A stretch of 38,148 nt of DNA from Candidatus Bathyarchaeota archaeon (GCA_018397055.1 JAGTQS010000003.1:1-38148), one strand, 5' to 3'. Shown: positions 10,052-18,591, counted from the stretch's first letter. Numbers and translations are program-made. Notes: a model not told the origin generated them from the sequence alone.

Positions 10052-10162
10052 TGGTGCCGGGGGCTGGATTCGAACCCGCGACCTCTGGACATTGGGCGCT
10101 TGCCCTTTTTTTGTTCTCCAGATTATGAGTCTGGCGCCCAAACCAAGCTAGGCTACCCCGGC
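10052..10162 (-). tRNA. tRNA-Met(CAU), elongator type, encoded CCA, 33-nt intron at position 45/46
   Basis: Minus strand: GCCGGGG acceptor pairs with CCCCGGC-A-CCA; anticodon arm CCAGA-CTCATAA-TCTGG; T-loop TTCGAAT. Extra 33 nt sit in the variable region. Confidence 0.9.
10083..10115 (-). other. tRNA-Met intron (33 nt, relaxed BHB motif)
   Basis: CUGG/CCAG 4-bp helix, bulges AG|A and AG|G, inner ACA/UGU helix. Removal gives the normal AGGUC variable loop. Confidence 0.8.
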
Positions 10163-10306
10163 TTAGGTTTCATGAATATTCTTGTTTTGTATGGCTTCAT
10201 TTAAATCTATTCTTGCATTAGAAGAATGTTGATAACTGTTTAAAGCATTTAATGAAGGTTTTAAATAAATTGAGCTCTATTTTATTTATCACGAGGCGAA
10301 TTACTC

Positions 10307-10633
10307 ATGGAAGTTTTTGTTCAAATTCTTACAACATGTGAGACGAAGGGTCAAGCTGAAAAAATTGCTGAAGCTTTGGTTGACAGAAAAATAGCTGGAT
10401 GCGTTCAAATTGTCGGTCCAGTCACGAGCATTTACCGTTGGAAGGGCAGAATTGAAAAGGCAGAAGAATGGCTGTGCATAATCAAGACGAAGGCAGAACT
10501 TTACAATGAAGTTGAGAAAACCTTAATTCAAAATCACACTTACGAGACGCCTGAAATAATCTCGACGCCAATAACAGCAGGCAGCACAGAATACCTTGAA
10601 TGGCTCGAAAATGAAGTTAGAACAGCCGAATAA
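10307..10633 (+). CDS. cutA: Divalent-cation tolerance protein CutA
   Basis: AGCVQI, SIYRWKG, IIKT and HTYETPEII motifs. Confidence 0.95.
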   Translation: MEVFVQILTTCETKGQAEKIAEALVDRKIAGCVQIVGPVTSIYRWKGRIEKAEEWLCIIKTKAELYNEVEKTLIQNHTYETPEIISTPITAGSTEYLEWLENEVRTAE

Positions 10634-10657
10634 TCATCTCTGACACAAGGTATCTCT

Positions 10658-11350
10658 TTATTGTTTTTTTCTTATTACCTTGATTCCTGTTTTGGTACCG
10701 ACAATCGCCACATCTGCCATGCCTAAAAACAAGCCTGTCTCAACCACGCCTGGAAGGGATTTCAATTTTCGGTCCAGCCGCAACGGATTCTTGATAACTC
10801 CGAAGTCCACGTTAAGAACGTAATTGCCGTTATCAGTAATAAAGGGGCTACCCAAGCTGCTTTTTTTCAGAACTGGTTGCCCGCCTATCTTCCTTATTTT
10901 AGACGTGACAAAAGGCAAAGCAAAGGGTAGAACCTCAACTGGCAAAGGCTGATTTTTACCTAAAGCGTCCGTGAGCTTAGATTCATCACCAATAACTACG
11001 AAGGTTTTTGAGGCTGAAGCCACTATTTTCTCCCTTGTCAAGGCACCTCCCATGCCCTTAATGAGATTTAACTTTTCATCAATCTGGTCAGCGCCATCGA
11101 TATCCAAATCTAACTGTAAATGCTCATCAAGGGATGTCAATGGAATCCCGTACTCTCTTGCCAATTTAGAGGTTTGACTAGAAGCAGAAACAACAGAAAC
11201 ATGAAAGTATTCCTCCTTTATTTTTCGCCCAATCTCTCTTAAAGCGTAAGCAACTGTTGAGCCAGCACCAATACCAAGGACAAACCCGTCTTTAACCAGT
11301 TTAACAGCTTCAACAGCTGCTCTTTCTTTGGCTGACTCCCTCCATGCCAT
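10658..11350 (-). CDS. rpiA: Ribose-5-phosphate isomerase A
   Basis: GIGAGST, DGADQ, KGMGGALTREK, TDNGNY and GVVETGLF. Confidence 0.96.
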   Translation of the reverse strand: MAWRESAKERAAVEAVKLVKDGFVLGIGAGSTVAYALREIGRKIKEEYFHVSVVSASSQTSKLAREYGIPLTSLDEHLQLDLDIDGADQIDEKLNLIKGMGGALTREKIVASASKTFVVIGDESKLTDALGKNQPLPVEVLPFALPFVTSKIRKIGGQPVLKKSSLGSPFITDNGNYVLNVDFGVIKNPLRLDRKLKSLPGVVETGLFLGMADVAIVGTKTGIKVIRKKQ

Positions 11351-12121
11351 TTACTCCTCAACTTCCATTTTGTTAAGTTTTTTCAAAACCTTCTCCACGT
11401 CAGCCAAGATTTGCTCAACCTTTTTCTCCGCTTCGCCCGCCTCCTGTTCATGCGAAGGCTTTGACTTAATTGCCTTCTTTTTTGTCTCAGCTGGTTTTTC
11501 ATTGGGCTGTTTAGGTTCTTCTGCCTTCTCTTCCTTAGACTCTTCTTGTGGTTCTACTTGAACTTTCAACTGATCAAGATAGCCAAGTTCCTTTTTTATT
11601 TCAGAAGCAATAGCTTCCTTAGTTGACTGGTCTATTAAGCCGATTTTTTGCCTCAAATCTTCAATTTTTTTGTTTATTTCTTCAAATTGTTCGGTAAACA
11701 TTTTTATGAGTTCATCACGAACCTTTTCAAGTTGATTTAGAGCAACAATCGTTTCACCTTTTTCAATTCCCTGTTTGATTCTGGAAAGGTCCATGCTGTA
11801 TTTCTGTAAAAGCTGATCTCTTTCAGCCTCTGTAATTTTCCCCACGGCACTAGCCTCATAGAGCCTTCTAACTGCATCACTGAGAATCTCTCTTTCAACA
11901 TCAAGCAGCCTAAGTTTCTCCTTAGCTTCTGAAATAACTTCCGTGGAAATTGACTTCTGAACAGTCTGAGGTAAAGAGATCTCTGTTTGCACTTTACCTA
12001 GTTTTGAAGGCTCCTCCTGTGGTGGCTTTTCCTTTTCCCGCTGCATAACAAGAACTATGATTAATCCTACAGCCACGGTTGCTGAAACAAGTAACAGCCA
12101 AAACCAAAGATCTGCGTTCAC
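11351..12121 (-). CDS. Hypothetical membrane-anchored coiled-coil protein
   Basis: N-terminal TM helix followed by E/K-rich coiled coil; its stop abuts the rpiA start. Confidence 0.75.
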   Translation of the reverse strand: MNADLWFWLLLVSATVAVGLIIVLVMQREKEKPPQEEPSKLGKVQTEISLPQTVQKSISTEVISEAKEKLRLLDVEREILSDAVRRLYEASAVGKITEAERDQLLQKYSMDLSRIKQGIEKGETIVALNQLEKVRDELIKMFTEQFEEINKKIEDLRQKIGLIDQSTKEAIASEIKKELGYLDQLKVQVEPQEESKEEKAEEPKQPNEKPAETKKKAIKSKPSHEQEAGEAEKKVEQILADVEKVLKKLNKMEVEE

Positions 12122-12231
12122 AAGGTTCCCTCAACAATGGATTGGTAAACGCACTCCAAACATATAATTTTTCCGCAGTCACAGACTACAATTGCAGCCA
12201 TACATAAAATTGGAAACAACCTGGAAGAATC

Positions 12232-12940
12232 TTAATATAAAAATCTGTGTCCATGTTTTCCGACAAGAGGAACAAAAGCAACTCCTCCCAGATCTTCCTC
12301 TTTAAAATCACCGTTAAGTTTAGTTAAACGGAGAAGAGTTTGATAAAATCCAATTGCTCCGACTGGAATAACAATGATGCCGCCTTTTTTTAATTGGTCC
12401 TTAAAAGGAGGGGGAACATAGGGTGCAGCAGCAGTCACATATATTCTATCAAACGGAGCTTTTTCAGGATAGCCTTCAGAACCATCCTTACAGATTATTG
12501 TGATCCTTTCGTTATAACCAGCATTATTAATATTTTTCTGGGCTAATTCTGCAAGTTTCGGAACAATTTCAATTGAGAAAACATGGCCCCATCTCTCTTT
12601 AGGCACGTTACTCGGCGCCACAATTTCAGCAACAGTTGCAGCGTGCCACCCACACCCAGACCCAACCTCAAGAACAATGTGCCCCACTTCCAGTTTCAGG
12701 GCTTCATTCATTATCGAAACCATGTCTCGCCTGACTGACCGTGTAAAATCAGCCAAGTGGCGCAGAAACCGTTTGCCCTGAACCTATAGGCAATGGTGTA
12801 TCAACCACTGCTGCCGCCTTGTCGTTTTCTGAAAGGAAAAGATGCCTTGGCACCATCCGCATTGCTCTTATCACAGCGGTCGTTTTTAGTATGCCGCATC
12901 CTATGAGTTCACGTATCAAGTTTTCCCACGAATTATTCAA
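12232..12940 (-). CDS. pcm: Protein-L-isoaspartate O-methyltransferase, two exons (12940-12757 and 12725-12232), 225 aa after splicing
   Basis: Exon 1 encodes VPRHLF...DTPLPIGSGQTVSAP; exon 2 encodes MVSIM...VLEVGSGCGW...DGSEG...APFDRIYVTAA...VAFVPL. Joining gives GQTVSAPHMV and 678 nt in one frame. Confidence 0.9.
12726..12756 (-). other. Putative bulge-helix-bulge (tRNA-type) intron in the pcm mRNA, 31 nt
   Basis: CGCC/GGCG central helix, 3-nt bulges AC|U and AG|A, 9-bp inner stem, in-frame UGA inside. Excision restores the frame and the conserved His codon. Confidence 0.85.
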
Positions 12941-12991
12941 TAACCATCCCCTTAAGTTTGATTTTCAGATAAGCAATATGAGGACAGTATG

Positions 12992-12997
12992 TATAAA
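12992..12997 (-). promoter_or_regulatory. Probable TATA box of pcm
   Basis: TTTATA on the minus strand about 50 nt upstream of the TTG start, which is preceded by a GGGGATG SD-like sequence. Confidence 0.4.
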
Positions 12998-13104
12998 TAT
13001 AATTTTAAGGGAAAACATAATTTAACGTTTTTAAACTGAGCCATGAAGTTATCAAAAAATGTTATACGTTTCTAATTAACAATTCAAAATTTTACCTTTG
13101 TTTT

Positions 13105-14928
13105 CTATTTTACTGTTACAGATTTCGCTAGGTTACGCGGTTTGTCGGGATTCAACCCTTTTTCCATTGCCATGTAATAGGCTAGAAGCTGCAAAGGCGT
13201 GATGAATGCGATTGGCGTAAGTATTTCAGGAAGGCTGCCAGCAACTTCGAAGTATTTGTCTGATAGGCTCTTAATTTCCTCGTCTCCTTCTTCAATAACT
13301 GAAATTATTGTAGCACCTCTTGCCTTCATCTCCATTATGTTTCCAATAATGTTTTTTCGAGTTTCATCTTTGGGGCATATGAACACTACTGGAAACCCTG
13401 GTTCAATGAGGCTTATAGGACCATGCTTACTTTCGCCTGCTGGATACGCGATCGACGGAACATAAGCGATCTCCATCAGCTTAAGCCTAGCTTCGTGCGC
13501 TGTGGCGGAGCTTATTCCCCTACCTAAGAAAAAGAATACTTGTTTGTCTTTGAATTCCTTGGCAACTTTTCTTGCAACTGAATCGTTCTTTTTAATGGTA
13601 TTTTCCACTATGTCAGGCATTTGACGAATCTTTGCTTCTAACTCCTCAATTTGGCGATGTCCAATTTTCCCCCGAATTTTTGCCACCCTTAGGGCGAGCT
13701 GAGCAAGAACAGATAGCTGAGACGTAAAAGTCTTTGTTGCTGCAACGCCAATCTCTGGACCTGACTGCTGAACTATGTATACTCTTGAAACTCTTGTTAA
13801 TGAGGAACCAACTACATTAGTCAAACCAAGTATTGTTGCAGCGCGGTTACGAGCATAATCAACGGCAGCCAAAGTATCAGTGGTTTCTCCAGACTGGCTA
13901 ACAGCGAGGATTGTGCTATTAATGTTCACAGCCATACCCTCTTGTTCAATGAACTCGGACGAAATCACTGGATGCGTAGCTAAAAATGCGAGATCCGAAA
14001 ACATGTACGAGGCGGCAAGACAAGCATGGTACGATGTGCCCGCAGCGACAAGAAAAACCTCGCCAGCTCGATCCATGAAAGTTGCCATTAAATCAAGGTA
14101 TAAATCCTGAAGCCTCAAAGTGTCTCTTAGACACCTTGGCTGCTCGTAAATCTCCTTGATCATAAAGTGAGGGTAACCTTGTTTTTCAGCCATCTCTGCA
14201 GTCCATTTAATTAGCTCGGGTTCTCTTTTAACGGGCTTAAAATCTTCTATCGTCCAGATTTCGTATTTGTCAGATTTGATTACAGCAATTTCGCCATTCT
14301 CAAGAATTACTGCTCTATTCGTCAAAGGAAGGAAAGCAGGAATGTCTGAAGCACAGTATGTTCCTTTTTCACTAACGCCGATGATGAGTGGACTTTCGTT
14401 TCTAGCACATACTATTGTGTTAGGTTCAAAGACTGATAGCACCGCAATAGCATATGAACCTCTAATGGTTTTTAATGCCTCACGCACAGCTTCTATGAGA
14501 TTTATTCCTTTTTTCATGTTTTCCTCGATAAGATGGGGAATAACTTCTGTGTCAGTTTTAGATCTAAATTCATGTCCTAAAGCCTCAAGTTCCTTCCTAA
14601 TTTCTAAAAAGTTTTCAACTATACCGTTATGAACGACCGCGATTTTATTTTGGCAATCAGTATGTGGATGGGCATTTACTTTATATGGGGCTCCATGAGT
14701 CGCCCACCTAGTGTGCCCAATTCCTATGCTTCCTTCCATATCGTCAAGGTTTAGTTCTTTATGAACCTCGTCAATTTTTCCTTGATCCTTCTTAATGTAC
14801 ATGGCGCCATCAAATAGAGTTACTTCTCCCACTGAATCATAACCTCTATATTCAAGTCTCTTAAGAGCGGCATGAATTAAAGGAGCAGCTTTACCTTCTT
14901 TCAATGCACACCCAAAAATTCCACACAT
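13105..14928 (-). CDS. glmS: Glutamine--fructose-6-phosphate aminotransferase (isomerizing)
   Basis: MCGIFG, LEYRGYDS, GHTRWATHG, SQSGET, GVAATKTF, KHGP and terminal PRNLAKSVTV. Confidence 0.97.
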   Translation of the reverse strand: MCGIFGCALKEGKAAPLIHAALKRLEYRGYDSVGEVTLFDGAMYIKKDQGKIDEVHKELNLDDMEGSIGIGHTRWATHGAPYKVNAHPHTDCQNKIAVVHNGIVENFLEIRKELEALGHEFRSKTDTEVIPHLIEENMKKGINLIEAVREALKTIRGSYAIAVLSVFEPNTIVCARNESPLIIGVSEKGTYCASDIPAFLPLTNRAVILENGEIAVIKSDKYEIWTIEDFKPVKREPELIKWTAEMAEKQGYPHFMIKEIYEQPRCLRDTLRLQDLYLDLMATFMDRAGEVFLVAAGTSYHACLAASYMFSDLAFLATHPVISSEFIEQEGMAVNINSTILAVSQSGETTDTLAAVDYARNRAATILGLTNVVGSSLTRVSRVYIVQQSGPEIGVAATKTFTSQLSVLAQLALRVAKIRGKIGHRQIEELEAKIRQMPDIVENTIKKNDSVARKVAKEFKDKQVFFFLGRGISSATAHEARLKLMEIAYVPSIAYPAGESKHGPISLIEPGFPVVFICPKDETRKNIIGNIMEMKARGATIISVIEEGDEEIKSLSDKYFEVAGSLPEILTPIAFITPLQLLAYYMAMEKGLNPDKPRNLAKSVTVK

Positions 14929-15114
14929 ACATAGAACCTCTTATCTTTATATCATTCCTTTTCTTTTTATTAACCACGTTACAGTTTGTTAACACAACAC
15001 GTTAAATAAATAAAATAAAATTCATGATATTTATGCATTAATAGACAAATTATCCATAATATAATTATCATCTTTTCCATTCTAAAAGTAAACCGAAAAC
15101 ATGGACATAAAAAA

Positions 15115-15120
15115 TTTAAA
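15115..15120 (+). promoter_or_regulatory. Probable BRE/TATA of tRNA-Gly
   Basis: A-rich run followed by TTTAAA, 26-31 nt upstream of the mature tRNA 5' end. Confidence 0.5.
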
Positions 15121-15145
15121 CCAACCCTTCCAATAATCACTAGAA

Positions 15146-15240
15146 GCGGCCGTAGTCTAGCTTGGTTAGGACGCCGGCCTCCCAATCAATTTAGGAGAAG
15201 AAAGCCGACAGCCCGGGTTCAAATCTCGGCGGCCGCACCA
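15146..15240 (+). tRNA. tRNA-Gly(CCC), encoded CCA, about 18-nt intron at canonical position 37/38 (15185-15202)
   Basis: GCGGCCG acceptor pairs with CGGCCGC-A-CCA; CCGGC-CTCCCA|intron|A-GCCGA; T-arm CCGGG-TTCAAAT-CTCGG. Confidence 0.88.
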
Positions 15241-15449
15241 ATTTTGTAAAAAAATTTGAATGAGATAATTATCAAACGTGTTGATAATTTTTCATCTTCT
15301 TTTAATTTTGTTGATGTGCAATTTTCCTTTGATACAATCTTTTTGTTTAAGTTTGTTCTTAATTTTGTGTACAAAAATGTACTAATAAGATTTAAATATG
15401 ACATGCGGGTGCTATAGAAAATTAACAAATCAAAACATAGGCGAAAAGA

Positions 15450-16841
15450 ATGCAGCAAAGAAAAATATTTTTAGATGATGAAGAACTGCCAAAGCAATGG
15501 TACAGCATAATTCCCGATTTACCTAAGCCTTTACCGCCAACGATTGAACCGGACAAAAGACAACCTGGACCTGGAATAGTTCCGTTAATTTTTCCTAAGG
15601 CAATTATTGGTCAGGAAATTAGCAAAGAAAGATTCATCGACATTCCTGACGAAGTAAGAGAAGTATACAAGCTTTGGAGACCAACTCCGCTTTTTAGGGC
15701 TATGGCACTTGAGAAGGCTTTGAAGACGCCAGCCAAAATTTACTATAAATATGAAGGTGTTAGTCCTCCTGGAAGCCACAAACCAAACACCGCTGTAGCC
15801 CAAGCCTACTACAACATGAAGGAAGGCACAGAACGTATGGCTACTGAAACAGGTGCTGGGCAGTGGGGTTCAGCGTTGGCATTTGGTTGCATGTTGTTTG
15901 GGTTGAAATGCACAGTTTACATGGTAAAGGCTAGCTACAATCAAAAACCATATCGAAGAATAATGATGGAATCCTATGGTGCTGATGTTTACGCAAGCCC
16001 AAGCGAAGAAACAGAGAGTGGAAGAAAAATTCTGAAAGATGACCCAGATAATCCTGGCAGTTTAGGAATAGCGATAAGCGAAGCTGTTGAGGATGCACTT
16101 AAGAATGAGAAGGTTAAATATGGCATAGGAAGCGTCTTTAACCACGTATTACTGCACCAAACGGTGATTGGCTTAGAAGCAAAGAAACAGATGGAAGCCG
16201 TAGATGACTATCCAGACATAATATACGGCTGTATAGGCGGCGGAAGCAGCTTTTCAGGTCTTTTTTGGCCCTTTTATTATGATAAAGTTTCTGGAAAAGC
16301 TCCGAAAGATGTGCAATTCGTCGCTACTGAAGCGACGGCTTGCCCAAAGGTTACTAAAGGAGAATACACTTTTGACCATGGAGACACCGCGAGGCTTACT
16401 CCTTTAGTTCCGATGCACACAATAGGGCATGATTTTATTCCTGCTCCAATACACGCTGGAGGGCTTCGCTATCACGGAATTGCTCCAACCATAAGCCGAT
16501 TAGTCTCAGAGAAGAAGATGCAAACGAAGGCTTACAATCAAGTTGAGGTATTTGATGCAGCTAAGATCTTTATAAACACTGAAGGCATAATTCCAGCTCC
16601 TGAACCTGCCCATGCAATTAAAGGGGTTGTCGACGAGGCCTTACGATGTAAGAAGACCGGAGAAAAGAAGACCATAATGTTCTTATTATGCGGGCATGGA
16701 TATTTCGACATGCAGGCTTACGCAGACTACTTTAGTGGAAAACTATTACCCTATGAATATCCTGCAGAAAAAGTCGCAGAGGCAATGCAAAGATTAAAGA
16801 AATTATACCCGTGGTTGGACGAACTCAAGAAGATTATATAA
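15450..16841 (+). CDS. trpB2: Tryptophan synthase beta chain 2 (TrpB-like PLP enzyme), stand-alone
   Basis: GSHKPNTA (PLP lysine), [23 protein letters not shown] and HAGGLRYHG. Confidence 0.93.
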   Translation: MQQRKIFLDDEELPKQWYSIIPDLPKPLPPTIEPDKRQPGPGIVPLIFPKAIIGQEISKERFIDIPDEVREVYKLWRPTPLFRAMALEKALKTPAKIYYKYEGVSPPGSHKPNTAVAQAYYNMKEGTERMATETGAGQWGSALAFGCMLFGLKCTVYMVKASYNQKPYRRIMMESYGADVYASPSEETESGRKILKDDPDNPGSLGIAISEAVEDALKNEKVKYGIGSVFNHVLLHQTVIGLEAKKQMEAVDDYPDIIYGCIGGGSSFSGLFWPFYYDKVSGKAPKDVQFVATEATACPKVTKGEYTFDHGDTARLTPLVPMHTIGHDFIPAPIHAGGLRYHGIAPTISRLVSEKKMQTKAYNQVEVFDAAKIFINTEGIIPAPEPAHAIKGVVDEALRCKKTGEKKTIMFLLCGHGYFDMQAYADYFSGKLLPYEYPAEKVAEAMQRLKKLYPWLDELKKII

Positions 16842-16947
16842 TAGGTTTGTCATCAATAACGTGTAATTTTTAATAAATGCGTTCCTCTTTTTCTTTTTCA
16901 AATCTTTTATATTGCATCATTATTTATTGTAAACCATTACTTTCTCT

Positions 16948-17754
16948 TTGGTGGACGATTTGAAACTTGGCTTTAGTACAGTGATGTATGAGAATTCTGG
17001 TTTGTCGCATCAGCAAATTGTGGAAAAAGCGGCTTTTCTTGGCTATCAAGGCATTGAACTTAACTTTAAAGAGTGGCCCACTGATTTTAAAGTGGATTCA
17101 ATAAAGAATTCTTCACAAGAATATGGTATAGAGGTTGCTGCGATAGGTACAAGACATTTGTACATTACACATAATCTTTACCTTACCTCTCCTAAGCCGA
17201 AGGTTAAGAGGAAATCCTTCGAATATTTAACAGAATGCATGAAAATTGCCGATAAACTTAACTGCAATGTTATTCAGGCAGGCTGGGCATTTCAAGGATC
17301 AATTTTGGAGACCTCGTACAATGATGCGTGGAAAATAGCGGTAAATAGCCTAAAAGACGTAAGTAATCTTTGCAGACGATATAATAAAACCTTCGTTGTC
17401 GAATTTGCATGTAAACAGAATGCTCAATTGTTAAATACCTTGGATGACACACTGCGCATGCTTGACGAGGTTGGAGAAGACAATGTTTTTGTTATGATCG
17501 ATATATATCATGTACACCAAGAAAATTACCCTCTTAGAAAATGTGTTCATAAGGCAAATAAAAAATTGGCGTACGTCCACTTGGCAAACAATGAAAGGCT
17601 ACCTCCAGGAAAAGGAATTATTAACTTTAGAGAGTTCATTGATGCGTTAAAAGAAATCCATTATAATGGATACTTAATAATGGAATACGAAGCCAGATCA
17701 GAGATTGATAAGTCATTGAAAGATGCTTTAAATTTTATAATGAAGCTTTTATGA
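16948..17754 (+). CDS. Sugar phosphate isomerase/epimerase (xylose isomerase-like TIM barrel)
   Basis: GYQGIEL, VVEF, IDIYH, YVHLAN, R..PGKG and YNGYLIME metal-ligand pattern. Confidence 0.88.
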   Translation: MVDDLKLGFSTVMYENSGLSHQQIVEKAAFLGYQGIELNFKEWPTDFKVDSIKNSSQEYGIEVAAIGTRHLYITHNLYLTSPKPKVKRKSFEYLTECMKIADKLNCNVIQAGWAFQGSILETSYNDAWKIAVNSLKDVSNLCRRYNKTFVVEFACKQNAQLLNTLDDTLRMLDEVGEDNVFVMIDIYHVHQENYPLRKCVHKANKKLAYVHLANNERLPPGKGIINFREFIDALKEIHYNGYLIMEYEARSEIDKSLKDALNFIMKLL

Positions 17755-17930
17755 GTGAACTACCACAACCTTTTAGGTTGTGGCTTCTTGCTTCTGAGGT
17801 CAGACTCGGTCTCTGCTCACCCAGAGCATAGGTTTCCCTCGGCGAAACCGTTTCCGCAAACCACGTCTGGAAGGCAGGTTGCGATGGTCTCGGTCTCCAC
17901 AAGCGCAACTTCGGCCTGTCCCACGCCCAG
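17735..17930 (-). ncRNA. Putative TnpB omega-RNA (reRNA) scaffold plus guide read from flanking DNA
   Basis: GGGACAGGCCGAAGTTGCGCTTGTGGAGA ... GAAGCAAGAAGCCAC..GTGGTAGTTCAC resembles the conserved 3' region of archaeal tnpB elements. Boundaries are approximate. Confidence 0.65.
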
Positions 17931-18009
17931 CGAGGAACAGTTATCAGTAAGAGAAAGGATGTGTTTCGGTATCATCCCCAGCCTAAAGTTCTGGGGACTT
18001 CCCGCCTCG
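17755..18009 (-). mobile_element. Miniature non-autonomous IS200/IS605 (IS1341/TnpB-type) element, 255 bp
   Basis: Minus strand: TTTAA target motif, left-end hairpin TCCCCAG..CTGGGGA, TnpB-tail remnant, right-end GAAG + CCACAACCT-AAA-AGGTTGTGG + TAGTTCAC. GC-rich against AT-rich flanks. Confidence 0.82.
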
Positions 18010-18148
18010 TTAAAACTTAAAACTGCTGATTGTTCCATAACCTTTTCGAAAAAATTTGTAATAGATTTAAGAGATTTGGGTAAAAACAAAAAAATTGTTT
18101 ATTGATATTAAGGGAATTCTGGTTCTTGATTAGTGGATATTGATTTTC

Positions 18149-18337
18149 TTATAATGAGTCTTGGTATTTTTCAAAGAGAAGCTCAAGAGATCTTCTTAAG
18201 GCTTCAGCTCTGCTTGAAAAGATTCTTTTTATATCAATCAATTGGTCGAGCTTTTTTAGGTAGTCCTTTGAGAGCGCTAGCTTTACAACGATTTCTTCAT
18301 AATCTTTTGTTTCTACAGGTTGTTCTGCCAAGACCAA
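18149..18337 (-). CDS. Ribbon-helix-helix (CopG/CdrS-like) transcription regulator
   Basis: VVKLAL beta-strand, then KKLDQLI...FSSRAEALRRSL helix pair; GAGGA SD before the TTG start; divergent from ftsZ. Confidence 0.78.
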   Translation of the reverse strand: MVLAEQPVETKDYEEIVVKLALSKDYLKKLDQLIDIKRIFSSRAEALRRSLELLFEKYQDSL

Positions 18338-18510
18338 TTCCTCAGCAAAAACTTAGCATTTTTAGTATATAAAAGTTATTGTTTAATTCACTTTTAACTT
18401 TACTTTATGGTTTCCAAAAATCATTTCTACATCTGTATTTTTTAACTATTTTACAATACTCTAATATTCTATTATAGTATACTAATATATTTAATCTAGA
18501 TATACTCTTG

Positions 18511-18523
18511 GAAAGCTTTATAT
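18511..18523 (+). promoter_or_regulatory. Probable BRE-TATA promoter of ftsZ
   Basis: GAAAGC-TTTATAT about 70 nt upstream of the ATG; AGGAG SD at 18578-18582. Confidence 0.5.
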
Positions 18524-18591
18524 CTACGATTGTATAAATAAAAATCGAGCTTAAGGAAAATAAAAAATTAAGATAAAAGGAGATAAAAAAA

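Noticed and set aside
12232..12940. pcm as a frameshifted pseudogene, a sequencing error or a programmed frameshift
   Set aside because: A one-base error or a ribosomal slip would leave about 10 extra residues in the middle of the SAPHM motif. Only removal of the exact 31-nt BHB-bounded segment restores it.
17755..18009. RNase P RNA or SRP RNA (GC-rich structured non-coding island)
   Set aside because: It lacks the RNase P GAGGAAAGUCC and AGAAG..GGCUUA motifs and the SRP helix-8 motif. The ends fit IS200/IS605 instead.
17755..18105. ORFs 17755-18105 (+) and 17817-18089 (-)
   Set aside because: Both run across the element boundary. Only a short TnpB-tail-like peptide is meaningful, and no RuvC or zinc-finger motifs are present.
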